Shown here one piece after another: positions 44,348 through 53,835 of a DNA stretch of 64,000 nucleotides. A program made the translations under genes and the position numbers. The notes under the pieces were generated by a model, which was not told the origin of the DNA, did no database searches, and worked only from the letters and a program-made list of their open reading frames with translations. How positions within the stretch are numbered: position 1 is the stretch's first letter; each line of letters starts with the position of its first letter. This DNA is from an uncultured Verrucomicrobiota bacterium (GTDB lineage Bacteria; Verrucomicrobiota; Kiritimatiellia; CAIQIC01; Lenti-01), in contig CALMNW010000034.1 in the NCBI GenBank assembly GCA_937872095.1, positions 20,107 through 84,106 on the forward strand. The letters run 5' to 3'.

Positions 44348-45748
44348 ATGGCCTCCAAACGCCATTTTAATGTGCCGCGGATTGACAGGCAACGGGGAAG
44401 GGTATCAAATGCCGTAATGCGCCCGGTTATACAAAAAGTGCGTAGAGCGGGGATTTATGCCCTTCTATGCTTTGCGGTTCCCGCTTTTGGGGGGCCGGGC
44501 AACGGCATCAACGTTGCCTCGTGGGTGCTGAGTCCCTATCTGGAGTTGAATCTGACCCATGATTCGAACGTCTACAAGGACGGCACGAACGTGATTTCCG
44601 ACGCCTTTTTCGAGCCGGAACTGGGGGTGAGGTTCAGTTCTTCGGCAGAAACCAACACCTTCCTGATCAAGGGCAATCTGTACGTGTCGGATCGGACCTA
44701 CGACACGGAAAGCAACCGCGATTTCATGACGTATGGGGATCACCTGACCTTGCAATTGGGGAACGGGCGCAAATCCCTGTTCGAATTGATCCAGAGCTAT
44801 CGCTTTTTGGACGACAACGACCGGCATGCGTCGGACGTCGAAACGTCCCGCCTTTCCGGCGAAATGGTGGAAGACAGCAACGCGCTGGATCTGGAGCGCG
44901 AACTGCACCAGTTGGGGGCTTCGCTTTCGCGCCGCATGTCGGACAAATTGCATCTGGCGCTGTCCTATCGTTATTCCGGCGTCCATTACCCGAACAAGAC
45001 CCACGAGCGTTTGGCCCGCAAGCAGGAAGAATACGTGCCGGAAGGATTGGATCTGGACGGGCACATCTGGCAATTGGAAGGCGCGCTGGGATTGACGGAT
45101 AAAACCGACGTCATGCTGACGCTGCGCCAGGGCTTGCAGTACCAGGAAAAAACGGATGAGCCCGCCGAACTGACGACGCTACGGCTGGGGTTGCAGACGC
45201 AAGGCGCCCAAAAACTGGTGTACCACGTCGGGGTCGGCTTGGAATACTATGCGCGCCCGTCCCAGACGCAGTTCGACGAGGCGGACGTCGACGAAAGCGA
45301 CGTCCAGGTCGATGAAGAGGGCGTCCGCAGCGACAACGACCAGATTACGTTCAACTACAATGCGGCGGCGGACTGGTTCATCACGGAAAAATTGACCTTC
45401 CGCATCGGCGGCTACAACGGCACGGAATTCTCCTCGTTCTACGAGCAAAACGGCATGGAATTCATCAGCGCTTGGGCCGGGGTGGGATACCGCTGGAAGC
45501 CCAGCTGGATCTTTTCCCTGCGCGGGATTTATCGCTACGACGACTATCTGGACCCGGTCACGCACGAAGGCATTACCTTGGATCGCAAGGACACGCGCGT
45601 CGAAGGCCATGGGCGCATCGACTACATCGCGTCGGGCAATTTCCTCCGGATCTATTTGGAGGCGGTCTACGACGAAGTGGATTCCAATTTCGACTTCGTG
45701 GATTATGTCGATGAGCGCCTCATCCTCGGCGCCCTCATCCAGTACTAG
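44348..45748 (+). CDS. Probable outer-membrane beta-barrel protein
   Basis: Alternating amphipathic beta-strand pattern throughout. C-terminal aromatic residue (...LILGALIQY). A signal-peptide-like segment MRPVIQKVRRAGIYALLCFAVPAFG begins at 44417 and may be the true start. A TTGACA-containing promoter-like stretch lies at ~44387. Confidence 0.5.
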   Translation: MASKRHFNVPRIDRQRGRVSNAVMRPVIQKVRRAGIYALLCFAVPAFGGPGNGINVASWVLSPYLELNLTHDSNVYKDGTNVISDAFFEPELGVRFSSSAETNTFLIKGNLYVSDRTYDTESNRDFMTYGDHLTLQLGNGRKSLFELIQSYRFLDDNDRHASDVETSRLSGEMVEDSNALDLERELHQLGASLSRRMSDKLHLALSYRYSGVHYPNKTHERLARKQEEYVPEGLDLDGHIWQLEGALGLTDKTDVMLTLRQGLQYQEKTDEPAELTTLRLGLQTQGAQKLVYHVGVGLEYYARPSQTQFDEADVDESDVQVDEEGVRSDNDQITFNYNAAADWFITEKLTFRIGGYNGTEFSSFYEQNGMEFISAWAGVGYRWKPSWIFSLRGIYRYDDYLDPVTHEGITLDRKDTRVEGHGRIDYIASGNFLRIYLEAVYDEVDSNFDFVDYVDERLILGALIQY

Positions 45749-45759
45749 GAGGCGAAAAC

Positions 45760-46320
45760 ATGAATGCAAATTGGATCAAATGGACGGCGCTGGCGGTTTG
45801 CCTGTCCGGCCTGAACGCACAGGCGGCATTCGATCGGCCGACGCGGGCGGAACTCAAGGCCGCGGCGGAGGATCTTTCGAAGGTGGTCGAATTGCTGCAG
45901 GATGCCTCGATCGACCAGGCGGCGGAAACCGCCAAGGACGTGGTGATCGAAATCGTCAAACTGGATCTGGACCGCGTCGAGCGCGACAGTCGGTCTTCGT
46001 CTCTGGTCGGATACCTGTTCATGACCGTGCAGCGAGACGACTGGAAAGCGTTGGCGATCTCGTTCGGCCGCATGGTGGCGGCCAGTCCGACGGCCAGCAT
46101 GGATCCCTCGTTGCTGTCGGCGCTTCAGCGCGCGATCATCGAGGTGTGCGGGGTGGAGGTCGCGAGCGAATTCGGGAATGCCTACAATCTAGCCATGTTG
46201 ACGATCGCCGGAGCGCCCGGCGGCGGCAAGAACGTGCCGCCCCAGCCGCCGCCGCCGCCCGTGGCGTTGCCGTTGCGTCCGCCCGTGGCGACGCTCTACG
46301 AAGGGCAGCAACTGCCGTAG
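45760..46320 (+). CDS. Secreted hypothetical protein with a Pro-rich C-terminus
   Basis: Signal peptide MNANWIKWTALAVCLSGLNAQA|AF. RBS aggagg 7 nt upstream. 186 aa. No recognisable domain. Confidence 0.45.
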   Translation: MNANWIKWTALAVCLSGLNAQAAFDRPTRAELKAAAEDLSKVVELLQDASIDQAAETAKDVVIEIVKLDLDRVERDSRSSSLVGYLFMTVQRDDWKALAISFGRMVAASPTASMDPSLLSALQRAIIEVCGVEVASEFGNAYNLAMLTIAGAPGGGKNVPPQPPPPPVALPLRPPVATLYEGQQLP

Positions 46321-46348
46321 CCGACGCAAGACCTTTCGCGGAACACTG

Positions 46349-46386
46349 AGCCCTTCGATCCAAACGGGACCGAAGGGCTTTTCGTT
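46349..46386 (+). terminator. Rho-independent terminator candidate closing the + strand operon
   Basis: Inverted repeat agcccttcg-(13 nt loop)-cgaagggct followed by tttcgtt, located 30 nt after the stop of the last operon gene. Confidence 0.4.
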
Positions 46387-46447
46387 GGAGCCCTCGGCCG
46401 GGCCGGAGGGCAGGTATGGGGGCGTCCCTGGTCGCAGGGAGGAAAAG

Positions 46448-46495
46448 TGGTGGCGGGAACCGGGGTCGAACCGGTGACCTAAGGCTTATGAGAAA
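46448..46495 (-). tRNA. 3' fragment of a tRNA (or tmRNA) gene: T-arm, acceptor 3' strand and CCA only; probable att-site remnant at a mobile-element boundary
   Basis: Reverse complement reads ...AGGTC ACCGG TTCGACC CCGGT TCCCGCC A CCA: variable loop, perfect 5-bp T-stem with a TTCGACC loop, a 7-nt acceptor strand, the discriminator and CCA. The complementary 5' acceptor strand GGCGGGA and a paired anticodon stem are absent. The upstream sequence switches abruptly to AT-rich DNA. Confidence 0.5.
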
Positions 46496-46622
46496 TCATT
46501 CCGAATACATATATCTAATTGCATTATATGATATAATGACATAATACTTATTCATACTTGACACCTACTTGACACTCCCAGCCCACTCTGTCAGAGTGCC
46601 ATAAGAAGCCAACGGGAGTCAG

Positions 46623-48065
46623 ATGATGGTCACAAAGCGCCGTATCACTAGCAAGATCAAACAGCTGCGGGCGGAGCGATACATGGGCTGGTCTATCCGC
46701 AAGATGAAGATACTGGATAGTGGCATCGTTTTTTGGCAGTCGGACAACAACCTTCGCCCACCGCATCGGGAGCGAATGAGCTGGGAAGACATTGGCCAAG
46801 CCAAGGCCCATATCCAAGCGATGTCCACAGCGGTTAAAAACGAAGGGCGGGGTGCCTATGCCCTGACGCATGCTCAGAAAATCGAAGCTAAAGCGGCCAT
46901 AGATAAGCTCGGGGACAAGGTGAAGTTCGCGGACCTCCTGGCTTTCTGGGAACAGCATCATTCAGATGGCAAGTCTATAACCTTGGCCGAGATGCTAAGG
47001 GGATGGTTGGCCGAGGCGCAAGAAGATGGGCTAAAGCCTACGAGCATACGGCAGAACAAGCAGCGGCTTAACGCATTCATTGGGGAGGTCGGCGAAGAAA
47101 CGCCCTGCGCACTAGTAACCGGCGAAGTGGTAGAAGGATTTCTCGGCCAGCGCCCGTGCGGTAAGCCTACAAAAATTAGCTGGCGGAAAACGCTACATGC
47201 TTTCTTTGAATACTGCATCGAAAAGCAGGCCGTGTCCAGCAACCCCATCATCAAGTCACGCCGGGGGCGCCGGAGGCGCAAGAGAATCGAAGCCGCCACA
47301 AAGATTCCCGAGTTCATGCCGGTCAAGACGGTTAACAATTTCATGGCGAAGGCTGAAGAGCTTCATCCTGAGAGCGTACCTGCATTGGCGATCATGTTTT
47401 TTGCCGGCCTCAGGCCCTTCGAGGTGTCAGCGCAGTATGGTCTAGAAACTTCCGAACTGACCAGTGCTAGAGACACAACGGCGGCGGCGAACAAACGGCT
47501 GAAGAATGCAAAACCCGGAAGTCAGGCTGAGCGCGCAGCCAGGATCGCAGTAGATGATGCACGGCAAAAACTCAAAGCGTTGATGGAATCTAGTAGAAAG
47601 AAGAGAGGAAAAGCTCCGGCGACAATGGGTGGACTGGACTGGACTAATGTCAACCTTGCAAAGAAGTTCATACGTGTCCTACCGGAGACATCAAAAACAG
47701 GTGCGGGGCGTCTGGTTGACATCAGCAATAACCTCCTCCTGTGGCTTACGAAGTACTACAGGGCTTGCGGACCAGTCGCTCCATCACCGGTAACACTTAT
47801 TCGTCATAGACGGGACATCATGAAGAAAGCTGGCATCAAGAAGTGGCTCCCAGATGTGGCGCGGCACTCCTATGCAACCTATCATTTCGCCATGTACGAA
47901 AACCAGGACAAGCTGCAAGCGCAGATGGGGCACTCCGGAAAGGCCTACATCTTGACTGAGCACTACAAAGGTTTGACGACGAAGGAAGAGGCCGAGGAGT
48001 ATTGGAACATCAACCCGGCAAATCCGTCGGGCGGGGTCATACAACTTGCCACGAAGGGGGCATAG
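46623..48065 (+). CDS. int: Tyrosine-type site-specific recombinase/integrase
   Basis: The C-terminal catalytic region has the family order ...LRPFE (Arg box)...ARHSYATYHFAMYEN (His/Arg box)...HSGKAYILTEHYKG (Tyr nucleophile region). The N-terminal SAM-like core-binding domain is ~150 aa. Confidence 0.8.
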   Translation: MMVTKRRITSKIKQLRAERYMGWSIRKMKILDSGIVFWQSDNNLRPPHRERMSWEDIGQAKAHIQAMSTAVKNEGRGAYALTHAQKIEAKAAIDKLGDKVKFADLLAFWEQHHSDGKSITLAEMLRGWLAEAQEDGLKPTSIRQNKQRLNAFIGEVGEETPCALVTGEVVEGFLGQRPCGKPTKISWRKTLHAFFEYCIEKQAVSSNPIIKSRRGRRRRKRIEAATKIPEFMPVKTVNNFMAKAEELHPESVPALAIMFFAGLRPFEVSAQYGLETSELTSARDTTAAANKRLKNAKPGSQAERAARIAVDDARQKLKALMESSRKKRGKAPATMGGLDWTNVNLAKKFIRVLPETSKTGAGRLVDISNNLLLWLTKYYRACGPVAPSPVTLIRHRRDIMKKAGIKKWLPDVARHSYATYHFAMYENQDKLQAQMGHSGKAYILTEHYKGLTTKEEAEEYWNINPANPSGGVIQLATKGA

Positions 48066-48068
48066 GAC

Positions 48069-49001
48069 ATGCCCCCTCAAACGAGCAAACCGAAGCGGGC
48101 CGAGATTTTCATCGGCGGCACAGGGATGCTGCCCGTCATGCATTTCGCGCATGGAGCGCCAGTGTCTGTTGGTGCCGATAATGAGATTGGTATAACGATA
48201 GAAACTCCCACACACAGATACACACTGCACCGGATGCTTACGTATGAGGATCAGAGATTGTTTCCCATATGGACAGAAACAAGCTGTTTCGAGAAGTTTC
48301 AGGTCAGGGTGTTATGCGGGGCTGAATTTGACCCTGAATTGGGTCTATGTCATTGGGACACTCAATATCCACCCTCGACCGAAAACATGTGTGCAGTCAA
48401 ATGGGGGGATGATTCATGGCTAGCCCTGCCTGTAAACACAGAGGAATTGCCATTGGATGCACGCCTTGCGCATTTCAAGACGCTTGCCAATGAAAACTGC
48501 TGTGGCCCCCAGGTAGAGGCGATCCGTACGAGAACATATAGTCTGTATTTCGACAAACAAAAAGAAGCATGGAATGATTTTCGGGCGAGGTCTGGTTCTG
48601 AACACGAATCGCTGAAGGCCGAACTTGCATGCCTAGCACGCGATGCAAAGCTCATGGCGACACCTCCCGAAAGGCAGAAATGGTGGGAAAACCTTATTAG
48701 GGCATACAGGCGAACGAATACAAATACTGCGAAAACGCAAAGGTGGCAGGAAGTCGCACGAATCGTTCTAAAAGGCGTTCAAGTAAACATGGATAACCCG
48801 AAGGTAAAAAAGACGGACTACCTAAGCCCACCCATGTACAAGCATATCGTTCGTGATTTCCGAAAGGAAAAAAATCTCTTGAGCTCGAACAGTGGCGATC
48901 CATCAGAATACGAAAAACAACTGGCGAACAATTTGCGGATATATGCGAACCGAGAAGCCCGAAAACAGGGAATGACGGTAGAAGGTACCCTTAAAGAATA
49001 G
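48069..49001 (+). CDS. Hypothetical protein (element cargo; no recognisable domain)
   Basis: 310-aa ORF starting 4 nt after the int stop, ~50% GC, lysine-rich C-terminus. Confidence 0.45.
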   Translation: MPPQTSKPKRAEIFIGGTGMLPVMHFAHGAPVSVGADNEIGITIETPTHRYTLHRMLTYEDQRLFPIWTETSCFEKFQVRVLCGAEFDPELGLCHWDTQYPPSTENMCAVKWGDDSWLALPVNTEELPLDARLAHFKTLANENCCGPQVEAIRTRTYSLYFDKQKEAWNDFRARSGSEHESLKAELACLARDAKLMATPPERQKWWENLIRAYRRTNTNTAKTQRWQEVARIVLKGVQVNMDNPKVKKTDYLSPPMYKHIVRDFRKEKNLLSSNSGDPSEYEKQLANNLRIYANREARKQGMTVEGTLKE

Positions 49002-49027
49002 AAGACTGAACAAATTCCAGAACATTT

Positions 49028-49060
49028 AGGCGGCTTTTTACAAGCCGCCATTTTTGTTGT
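49028..49060 (+). terminator. Rho-independent terminator
   Basis: ggcggcttt-ttac-aagccgcc stem-loop followed by atttttgttg, directly after the 48069..49001 stop. Confidence 0.55.
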
Positions 49061-49260
49061 CCGGCGCGGTATGGGCAATAATCACGCGTAGTACTGACAC
49101 CTTTCCCGGATAATTAGCGGTCAGGATCGCTGAACATTTTGAGGCATTCGAATTTTTGCGCTTGTCGGCATCGTGTTTCCTGTTCATCGCGCGGCACGAA
49201 AGGTCAGCAGTTGAGCTGACTGGGCAGGTCGCTACACCGAAAGGTGGGAAGGCGGAATAG

Positions 49261-49470
49261 ATGACTACGAAGGAAACGGCGACGACGAGACTGAATGGAT
49301 GGACGCGGATCGGCGGGGTGCTGGAGCAGGTTCCGGTGAGCAAGCGGACACTTCTGCGTTGGCAGGCGCAAGGTCGAATCCCGGTTACAAAAGTAGGGCG
49401 CGTGACCCTGTACCGGCTGTCCGACATCGAGAAGATGTTGAGCAAGTTGACCGTCCGGGCCATTGGATAA
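49261..49470 (+). CDS. AlpA/excisionase-family helix-turn-helix DNA-binding protein
   Basis: 69 aa. LEQVPVSKRTLLRWQAQGRIPVTKVGRVTLYRLSDIEKML matches the HTH_17/excisionase pattern (...RTLyRwi..G.lP..k.G.r..yr..dl...l). A GGA-rich RBS lies 8 nt upstream. Confidence 0.6.
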   Translation: MTTKETATTRLNGWTRIGGVLEQVPVSKRTLLRWQAQGRIPVTKVGRVTLYRLSDIEKMLSKLTVRAIG

Positions 49471-49629
49471 GGAGGCGACCATGCGCAAGCTCAACAAAAC
49501 GGCCACCACCGTGTCACCGATGGCGGCCAGCAAGATCAACAAATCGGTGTATAGCACGGCGCCGGCGAGTTGCTCAAGCAAATCCGCCACAATGACGATA
49601 TCCGCGGCGGCGGAAGAGGGGAGGCAGAT

Positions 49630-52149
49630 GTGAGCCTAAACCGTTCCCTGCTCGAGAACGTGAAGACCGCCAACGGCAAAACCACTGCGCGCTGCCCGGC
49701 TTGCAAGGAGAGCGGTTGCGACGAGGGCGGCGATCACCTGGTGATATATCCGGACGGCCGGTACGGATGCGCCGTGAATCCTGGCGACAAAGTACACACT
49801 AAGCGGATCTTCGAACTGGTGGGCGCTAACAACGAGCCGTCAGCGCAGCACCCCGGTCGAAAGAGCGGCATGGTGTATTCAACCATCGAAGCAGCTACAT
49901 CTGCGGCGCGACGGTTCGTGGAAAAGAAAACCGAAGAATCATGGAAGTGGATCCGGACCGATGTATACAGGAGCGCGACAGGCGAACCTGTGGCCGCCGT
50001 CCTGCGCTTCGATCGTGCAGACGGGGCAACCGAGGATAACGGAAAACCCATCAAGACATATAGGCCGGTTCACGTGGTTGACGGTGGCTGGCAGTTGGGA
50101 GATCCCCCGGGCTTGCTGCCGCTGTTCAACCTGCCGGCGATCGTCAATTCCGACGGCATCATTCATATCAACGAGGGCGAGAAGGCTGCCATGGCGGGCA
50201 CGGCGCTTGGCCTGACTTCCACCACCTCCATGCACGGCGCCAAGTCGGCGGCCAAGACCGACTACGCTCCGCTGAAAGATCGAGACGTGGTGATTCACCC
50301 GGACAACGACCGAAAAGGCCGCGAGTACGCTGAAGATGTGGCGGCCCGCGCATATGCCGCCGGGGCCGCATCCGTCAAGATCGTCGTCTTGCCCGGTCTA
50401 CCGCCCAAGGGCGACATGGCCGACTACGTAGCCGCAAGGACGGGAATGGGGATGGAATCCGTACGGGCGGAAGTTGTGGCAGTGGCCGATGCGACGGAAG
50501 TGTGGTCTCCGGCCAAGGCGGCCGCCGCTGGTGTAAAACCGACGATCGTTCTTCCCGGCGGCCCACGAACCATCACGGCTGCCGGAGAGGACTTGGGCCG
50601 ACTGTTGGCATCTACTCAAAAGGTCTTCATCCGGGGCGGTGCTCTTGTCACATTAGATGCGGACGGGGATGGGCATCCAATCCTGCGCCAGCTCAAGCCG
50701 GTGGCGTTGGCATCGGTCTTTGAGTCGGTGGCCACCTTGGCGAAAATGACTCAAGGTAGCTTACAACCAGCCATCTGCACCGAGTCAGCGGCCAACTTGA
50801 TCGGGTCATCGGCCGCATTTCGTGATCAAATGCCGTCAATCCGTATTATAACGCGGTGTCCGGTGTTGATTGAGCGCAATGGCAAGTTGCTCCAAATCAC
50901 GGGCTACGACTTGGCGTCTGGCATCATGGCTGGTGGCTGTCCCGTTCCGGATATGACGCTGACCGAGGCCAAGGAGCGGCTCTACGAGCTGCTGCGCGAC
51001 TTCCGGTTCGCCACTCCCGCAGACCGGGCACGCGCTCTAGCGGCACTGATAACGCCGGCAATGGTTTTCGGAGGATTGTTGAAAGGACGGCCACCCATCG
51101 ATCTTGGTGAGGCTGACGATTCGCAGGCAGGGAAGGGGTTTCGGAATAAGATCAAATCCCGCGTATACGGCGAGACAATGCGCTGCATCGCCCAGAAACG
51201 CGACGGAGGGGTGGGCAGCTTGGAGGAGTCGTTCAACGCGGCATTGATTCAAGGGGCGGTGTTCATATGCCTTGAGAATGTTCGCGGCAAGATAGACTCG
51301 CCCGCGATAGAATCGTTCATCACCGAGGATCACTATACGGCCAGATGCGCCTATCACGAGAACGTCGACATCGATCCGCGCCGGGTTTGCTTGTCCATGA
51401 CGTCCAACAAAGCGGACCTGACCACCGATCTGGCGAACCGTTGTGCGTGCGTGAGGATACTCAAACAACCGCAGGGCTACGCGTACGCCCGATATCCAGA
51501 GGGTGACATCCTAGACCACGTGGCGGCGTACCAGGGCCGGTACCTTGGCGCCGTGTTTGCCGTGATCCGGGCTTGGCATGCTGCAGGTTGTTCGCGCACG
51601 GACGAATGTCGCCACGACTTTCGGGCGTGGGCACAGACCATGGATTGGATCGTTCAAAACCTTATGGATGCCGGGCCGTTATTGGACGGCCACCGGGAGA
51701 CTCAGCGGCGGATGACCAATCCGTCCATGAATTGGCTGCGCGACGTAGCGCTTGCTGTCGTCCGTGCTCAGCGGACCGACGAGGGGCTGCGGGCGGGACA
51801 TCTCGTCGACCTACTGGCCGAGGCGGGCGTCGATGTGCCGGGCCTTCCAGAAGGTGGGGATCCGTCAGAACCCAACAACCGGAAGTCGGCACAGCAGGCC
51901 GTTGGCCGCAAGCTGTGGCAATGTTTCCGGAACGAAGATGTGGTGGCGATCGACAGCTTTACCATACGCCGCCAGACCACATACAACCAACAGCACCGAT
52001 CTGAGACCAACGAGTATTGGTTTTCTGCAGCAGGCAATGGGGACGGCGATGGTCCTATAGTCGCAGGGCCCCCAGATTTAACCAAAGAAACCGCCCCGGT
52101 ACTGCTGGTATCGCTTGGGCTTCGGCCCCCAGACGCCAACTGCGGCTAA
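49630..52149 (+). CDS. Bifunctional DNA primase/helicase-like replication protein (Zn-finger, TOPRIM-like, then phage/plasmid P4/D5-type helicase region)
   Basis: GTG at 49630 with a strong RBS gaggggagg 5 nt upstream; the track's alternative start is at 49570. Zn-binding CPACKESGCDEGGDHLVIYPDGRYGC. TOPRIM-like acidic motifs IHINEGEKAAMAGT...VVIHPDNDRKGREYA. A C-terminal ~450-aa region resembles primase-associated D5_N/helicase domains. Confidence 0.6.
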   Translation: MSLNRSLLENVKTANGKTTARCPACKESGCDEGGDHLVIYPDGRYGCAVNPGDKVHTKRIFELVGANNEPSAQHPGRKSGMVYSTIEAATSAARRFVEKKTEESWKWIRTDVYRSATGEPVAAVLRFDRADGATEDNGKPIKTYRPVHVVDGGWQLGDPPGLLPLFNLPAIVNSDGIIHINEGEKAAMAGTALGLTSTTSMHGAKSAAKTDYAPLKDRDVVIHPDNDRKGREYAEDVAARAYAAGAASVKIVVLPGLPPKGDMADYVAARTGMGMESVRAEVVAVADATEVWSPAKAAAAGVKPTIVLPGGPRTITAAGEDLGRLLASTQKVFIRGGALVTLDADGDGHPILRQLKPVALASVFESVATLAKMTQGSLQPAICTESAANLIGSSAAFRDQMPSIRIITRCPVLIERNGKLLQITGYDLASGIMAGGCPVPDMTLTEAKERLYELLRDFRFATPADRARALAALITPAMVFGGLLKGRPPIDLGEADDSQAGKGFRNKIKSRVYGETMRCIAQKRDGGVGSLEESFNAALIQGAVFICLENVRGKIDSPAIESFITEDHYTARCAYHENVDIDPRRVCLSMTSNKADLTTDLANRCACVRILKQPQGYAYARYPEGDILDHVAAYQGRYLGAVFAVIRAWHAAGCSRTDECRHDFRAWAQTMDWIVQNLMDAGPLLDGHRETQRRMTNPSMNWLRDVALAVVRAQRTDEGLRAGHLVDLLAEAGVDVPGLPEGGDPSEPNNRKSAQQAVGRKLWQCFRNEDVVAIDSFTIRRQTTYNQQHRSETNEYWFSAAGNGDGDGPIVAGPPDLTKETAPVLLVSLGLRPPDANCG

Positions 52150-52225
52150 GAAAACGCTTAACTGCCGCTGATCTGCGGCTAATCCTGCGGCTAAGAAAAC
52201 CCCCTTTGCGGCTAATGCGGCTGAA
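52141..52225 (+). repeat. Iteron-like direct repeats (at least 4 copies of TGCGGCTAA) overlapping the stop of the primase/helicase gene; candidate replication-origin repeats
   Basis: ctgcggctaag (52140), ctgcggctaatc (52173), ctgcggctaag (52185) and ttgcggctaatgcggctgaag (52206), plus the degenerate ctgccgctga (52161). Spacing is 12-33 nt. Confidence 0.5.
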
Positions 52226-53066
52226 GGTCCCCTATAGCGGATAATACAGGTTGAAAACATGAATGCTCACGCATTGAATTACTCAATGCTATGTCTACTA
52301 TTATCTTCTATGGGGGGTATTAGCCGCATAGCCGCAGAAGGCCGGAGCTCAAGCCGGCAGAACGCCTGCTGTGCCGGTACCGCAGATTGCCCATGTGGGC
52401 GAACAGCCCGCGGACGAAAATGGGGTGACGAAGTAGATCGGCAGCTATTGGGTTCGTTCCATAGTGGTGTTGGTGCCTCGCCGACGAAAAAACGCATGTG
52501 ATGTTGGTGCCCCGTCGGCTCGGATTTTGCCGGGTCGGCCGGCCTTTATATCGGGGCGAAAACAGGTGGATCGGCGGGTGTTTTCGGGGGCACCCCCAGA
52601 AGGTGTGTCCCCGGTGGGGAACGGTCGCAATGTATTCGAGCGCTTTGGCGTTGCCGAACTTCGAGGGGAGGACGTTTCTACGGCGATGACCGTCGTATCG
52701 TCTTTTCGCCGAGGTGGATGCACGGCCATGTTGCCGAATGTATTCCAAAAAATTCCTAGAGGCGCCCCGGGGCATAGAGATAGATAACAAGCGATTAACG
52801 CGGAAAAAATAAGCACGATTTCGGCGTCGGGCCCCTAACTAAAGCATGGAACGCGTTCCACAACTGAATATCGCCGCCCGGGAGCGGCATATTAATAGGG
52901 TGCGGTAACTGTCCGCTCGACGCCGACTTTCCCGCCGTACCCTGCCGCCTTCCCGGCGGTCAAATCCCACCCCCAAAACCCCGGAGCCACAATGTACTTT
53001 TTCATCCTGATAGCGTTTCTGTTTTTACTTCTGCGCTTTGGCAGTTGGTAGCCAGGAGGAAAACTG

Positions 53067-53639
53067 ATGAAATCCTTCAACATCTTCCTGACCATCGTTG
53101 TACTCACCGTCGGAGCCGCTCTAGCCGTCTATCTCGCCGGCTGCCACAAGCAGGTAGTCCGTGCCGTCACTATTTCCGTTATGAAGCAAATTCCTCAAGC
53201 ATGGTTGATCCTGCAGACCGACGAAGAACTGACTGTCGCGACCATCGACGGCGGAAATCTCCTTTTCGGTCCCCGGTCCGGAATGGCATCGGCCGTTCGA
53301 AGATCGCATTGGGGACTCAACCTGGAACTGATCGTCGACGAGGACATCGTGGTCTCAGGACGCGAGGTACGCATCAAGCTGCCGGATCCAGCAGTCTTCG
53401 ACACGGTGGTCGACATGTCCACATTCCGCTATTTGACGCGTCGCAGTGGTTTCCACGCTTTGGGTGACGTTTTATGGGGTCGGTCGTTGTTCAGTGAATT
53501 GGCCGAGATCGCCTGCCAGACGCCGCCCAAGTACAGCCGGGAGCAGATCCAGGCACGGCGGTCGGACTTCATCCTACGACTGAACGAGCAGGCGGCATCG
53601 CTGTTCGCGGCGAAAGATCTGGTTGTTCGATTCGAGTAG
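53067..53639 (+). CDS. Hypothetical protein with an N-terminal signal/anchor helix
   Basis: RBS aggagg 9 nt upstream. MKSFNIFLTIVVLTVGAALAVYLAGC resembles a signal peptide or lipobox (LAGC). 190 aa. Confidence 0.45.
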   Translation: MKSFNIFLTIVVLTVGAALAVYLAGCHKQVVRAVTISVMKQIPQAWLILQTDEELTVATIDGGNLLFGPRSGMASAVRRSHWGLNLELIVDEDIVVSGREVRIKLPDPAVFDTVVDMSTFRYLTRRSGFHALGDVLWGRSLFSELAEIACQTPPKYSREQIQARRSDFILRLNEQAASLFAAKDLVVRFE

Positions 53640-53835
53640 GCGGTAACCATGCCTCAATCGTTTCGATACCCGTGGCCAAGTTCCGCGATCGATCCCGGCT
53701 TGATGCGACGGTTGTACCTGGCGCGCGAAAGCTCGCCTACGCCCACGACCATCACCCGACTCATTGCCGAAGCCGTGCGCGCCGCCTATGGCCAGTCCAA
53801 TCCCCAACCTGAAACCCAACCACCCAAGGAGTCCA

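Noticed and set aside
46448-46530. Possibility of an intact tRNA gene (anticodon CAT) on the minus strand
   Set aside because: Only the 3' ~45 nt fold correctly. No sequence complementary to the acceptor strand (GGCGGGA) exists upstream, the putative anticodon stem does not pair, and the sequence turns AT-rich. It is called as a fragment/att remnant instead.
52320-52790. 156-aa minus-strand ORF and overlapping ~110-120-aa + strand ORFs in the region after the primase gene
   Set aside because: They are Arg/His-rich low-complexity translations that overlap mutually in both orientations with no RBS. The region is better explained as a non-coding origin/regulatory stretch.
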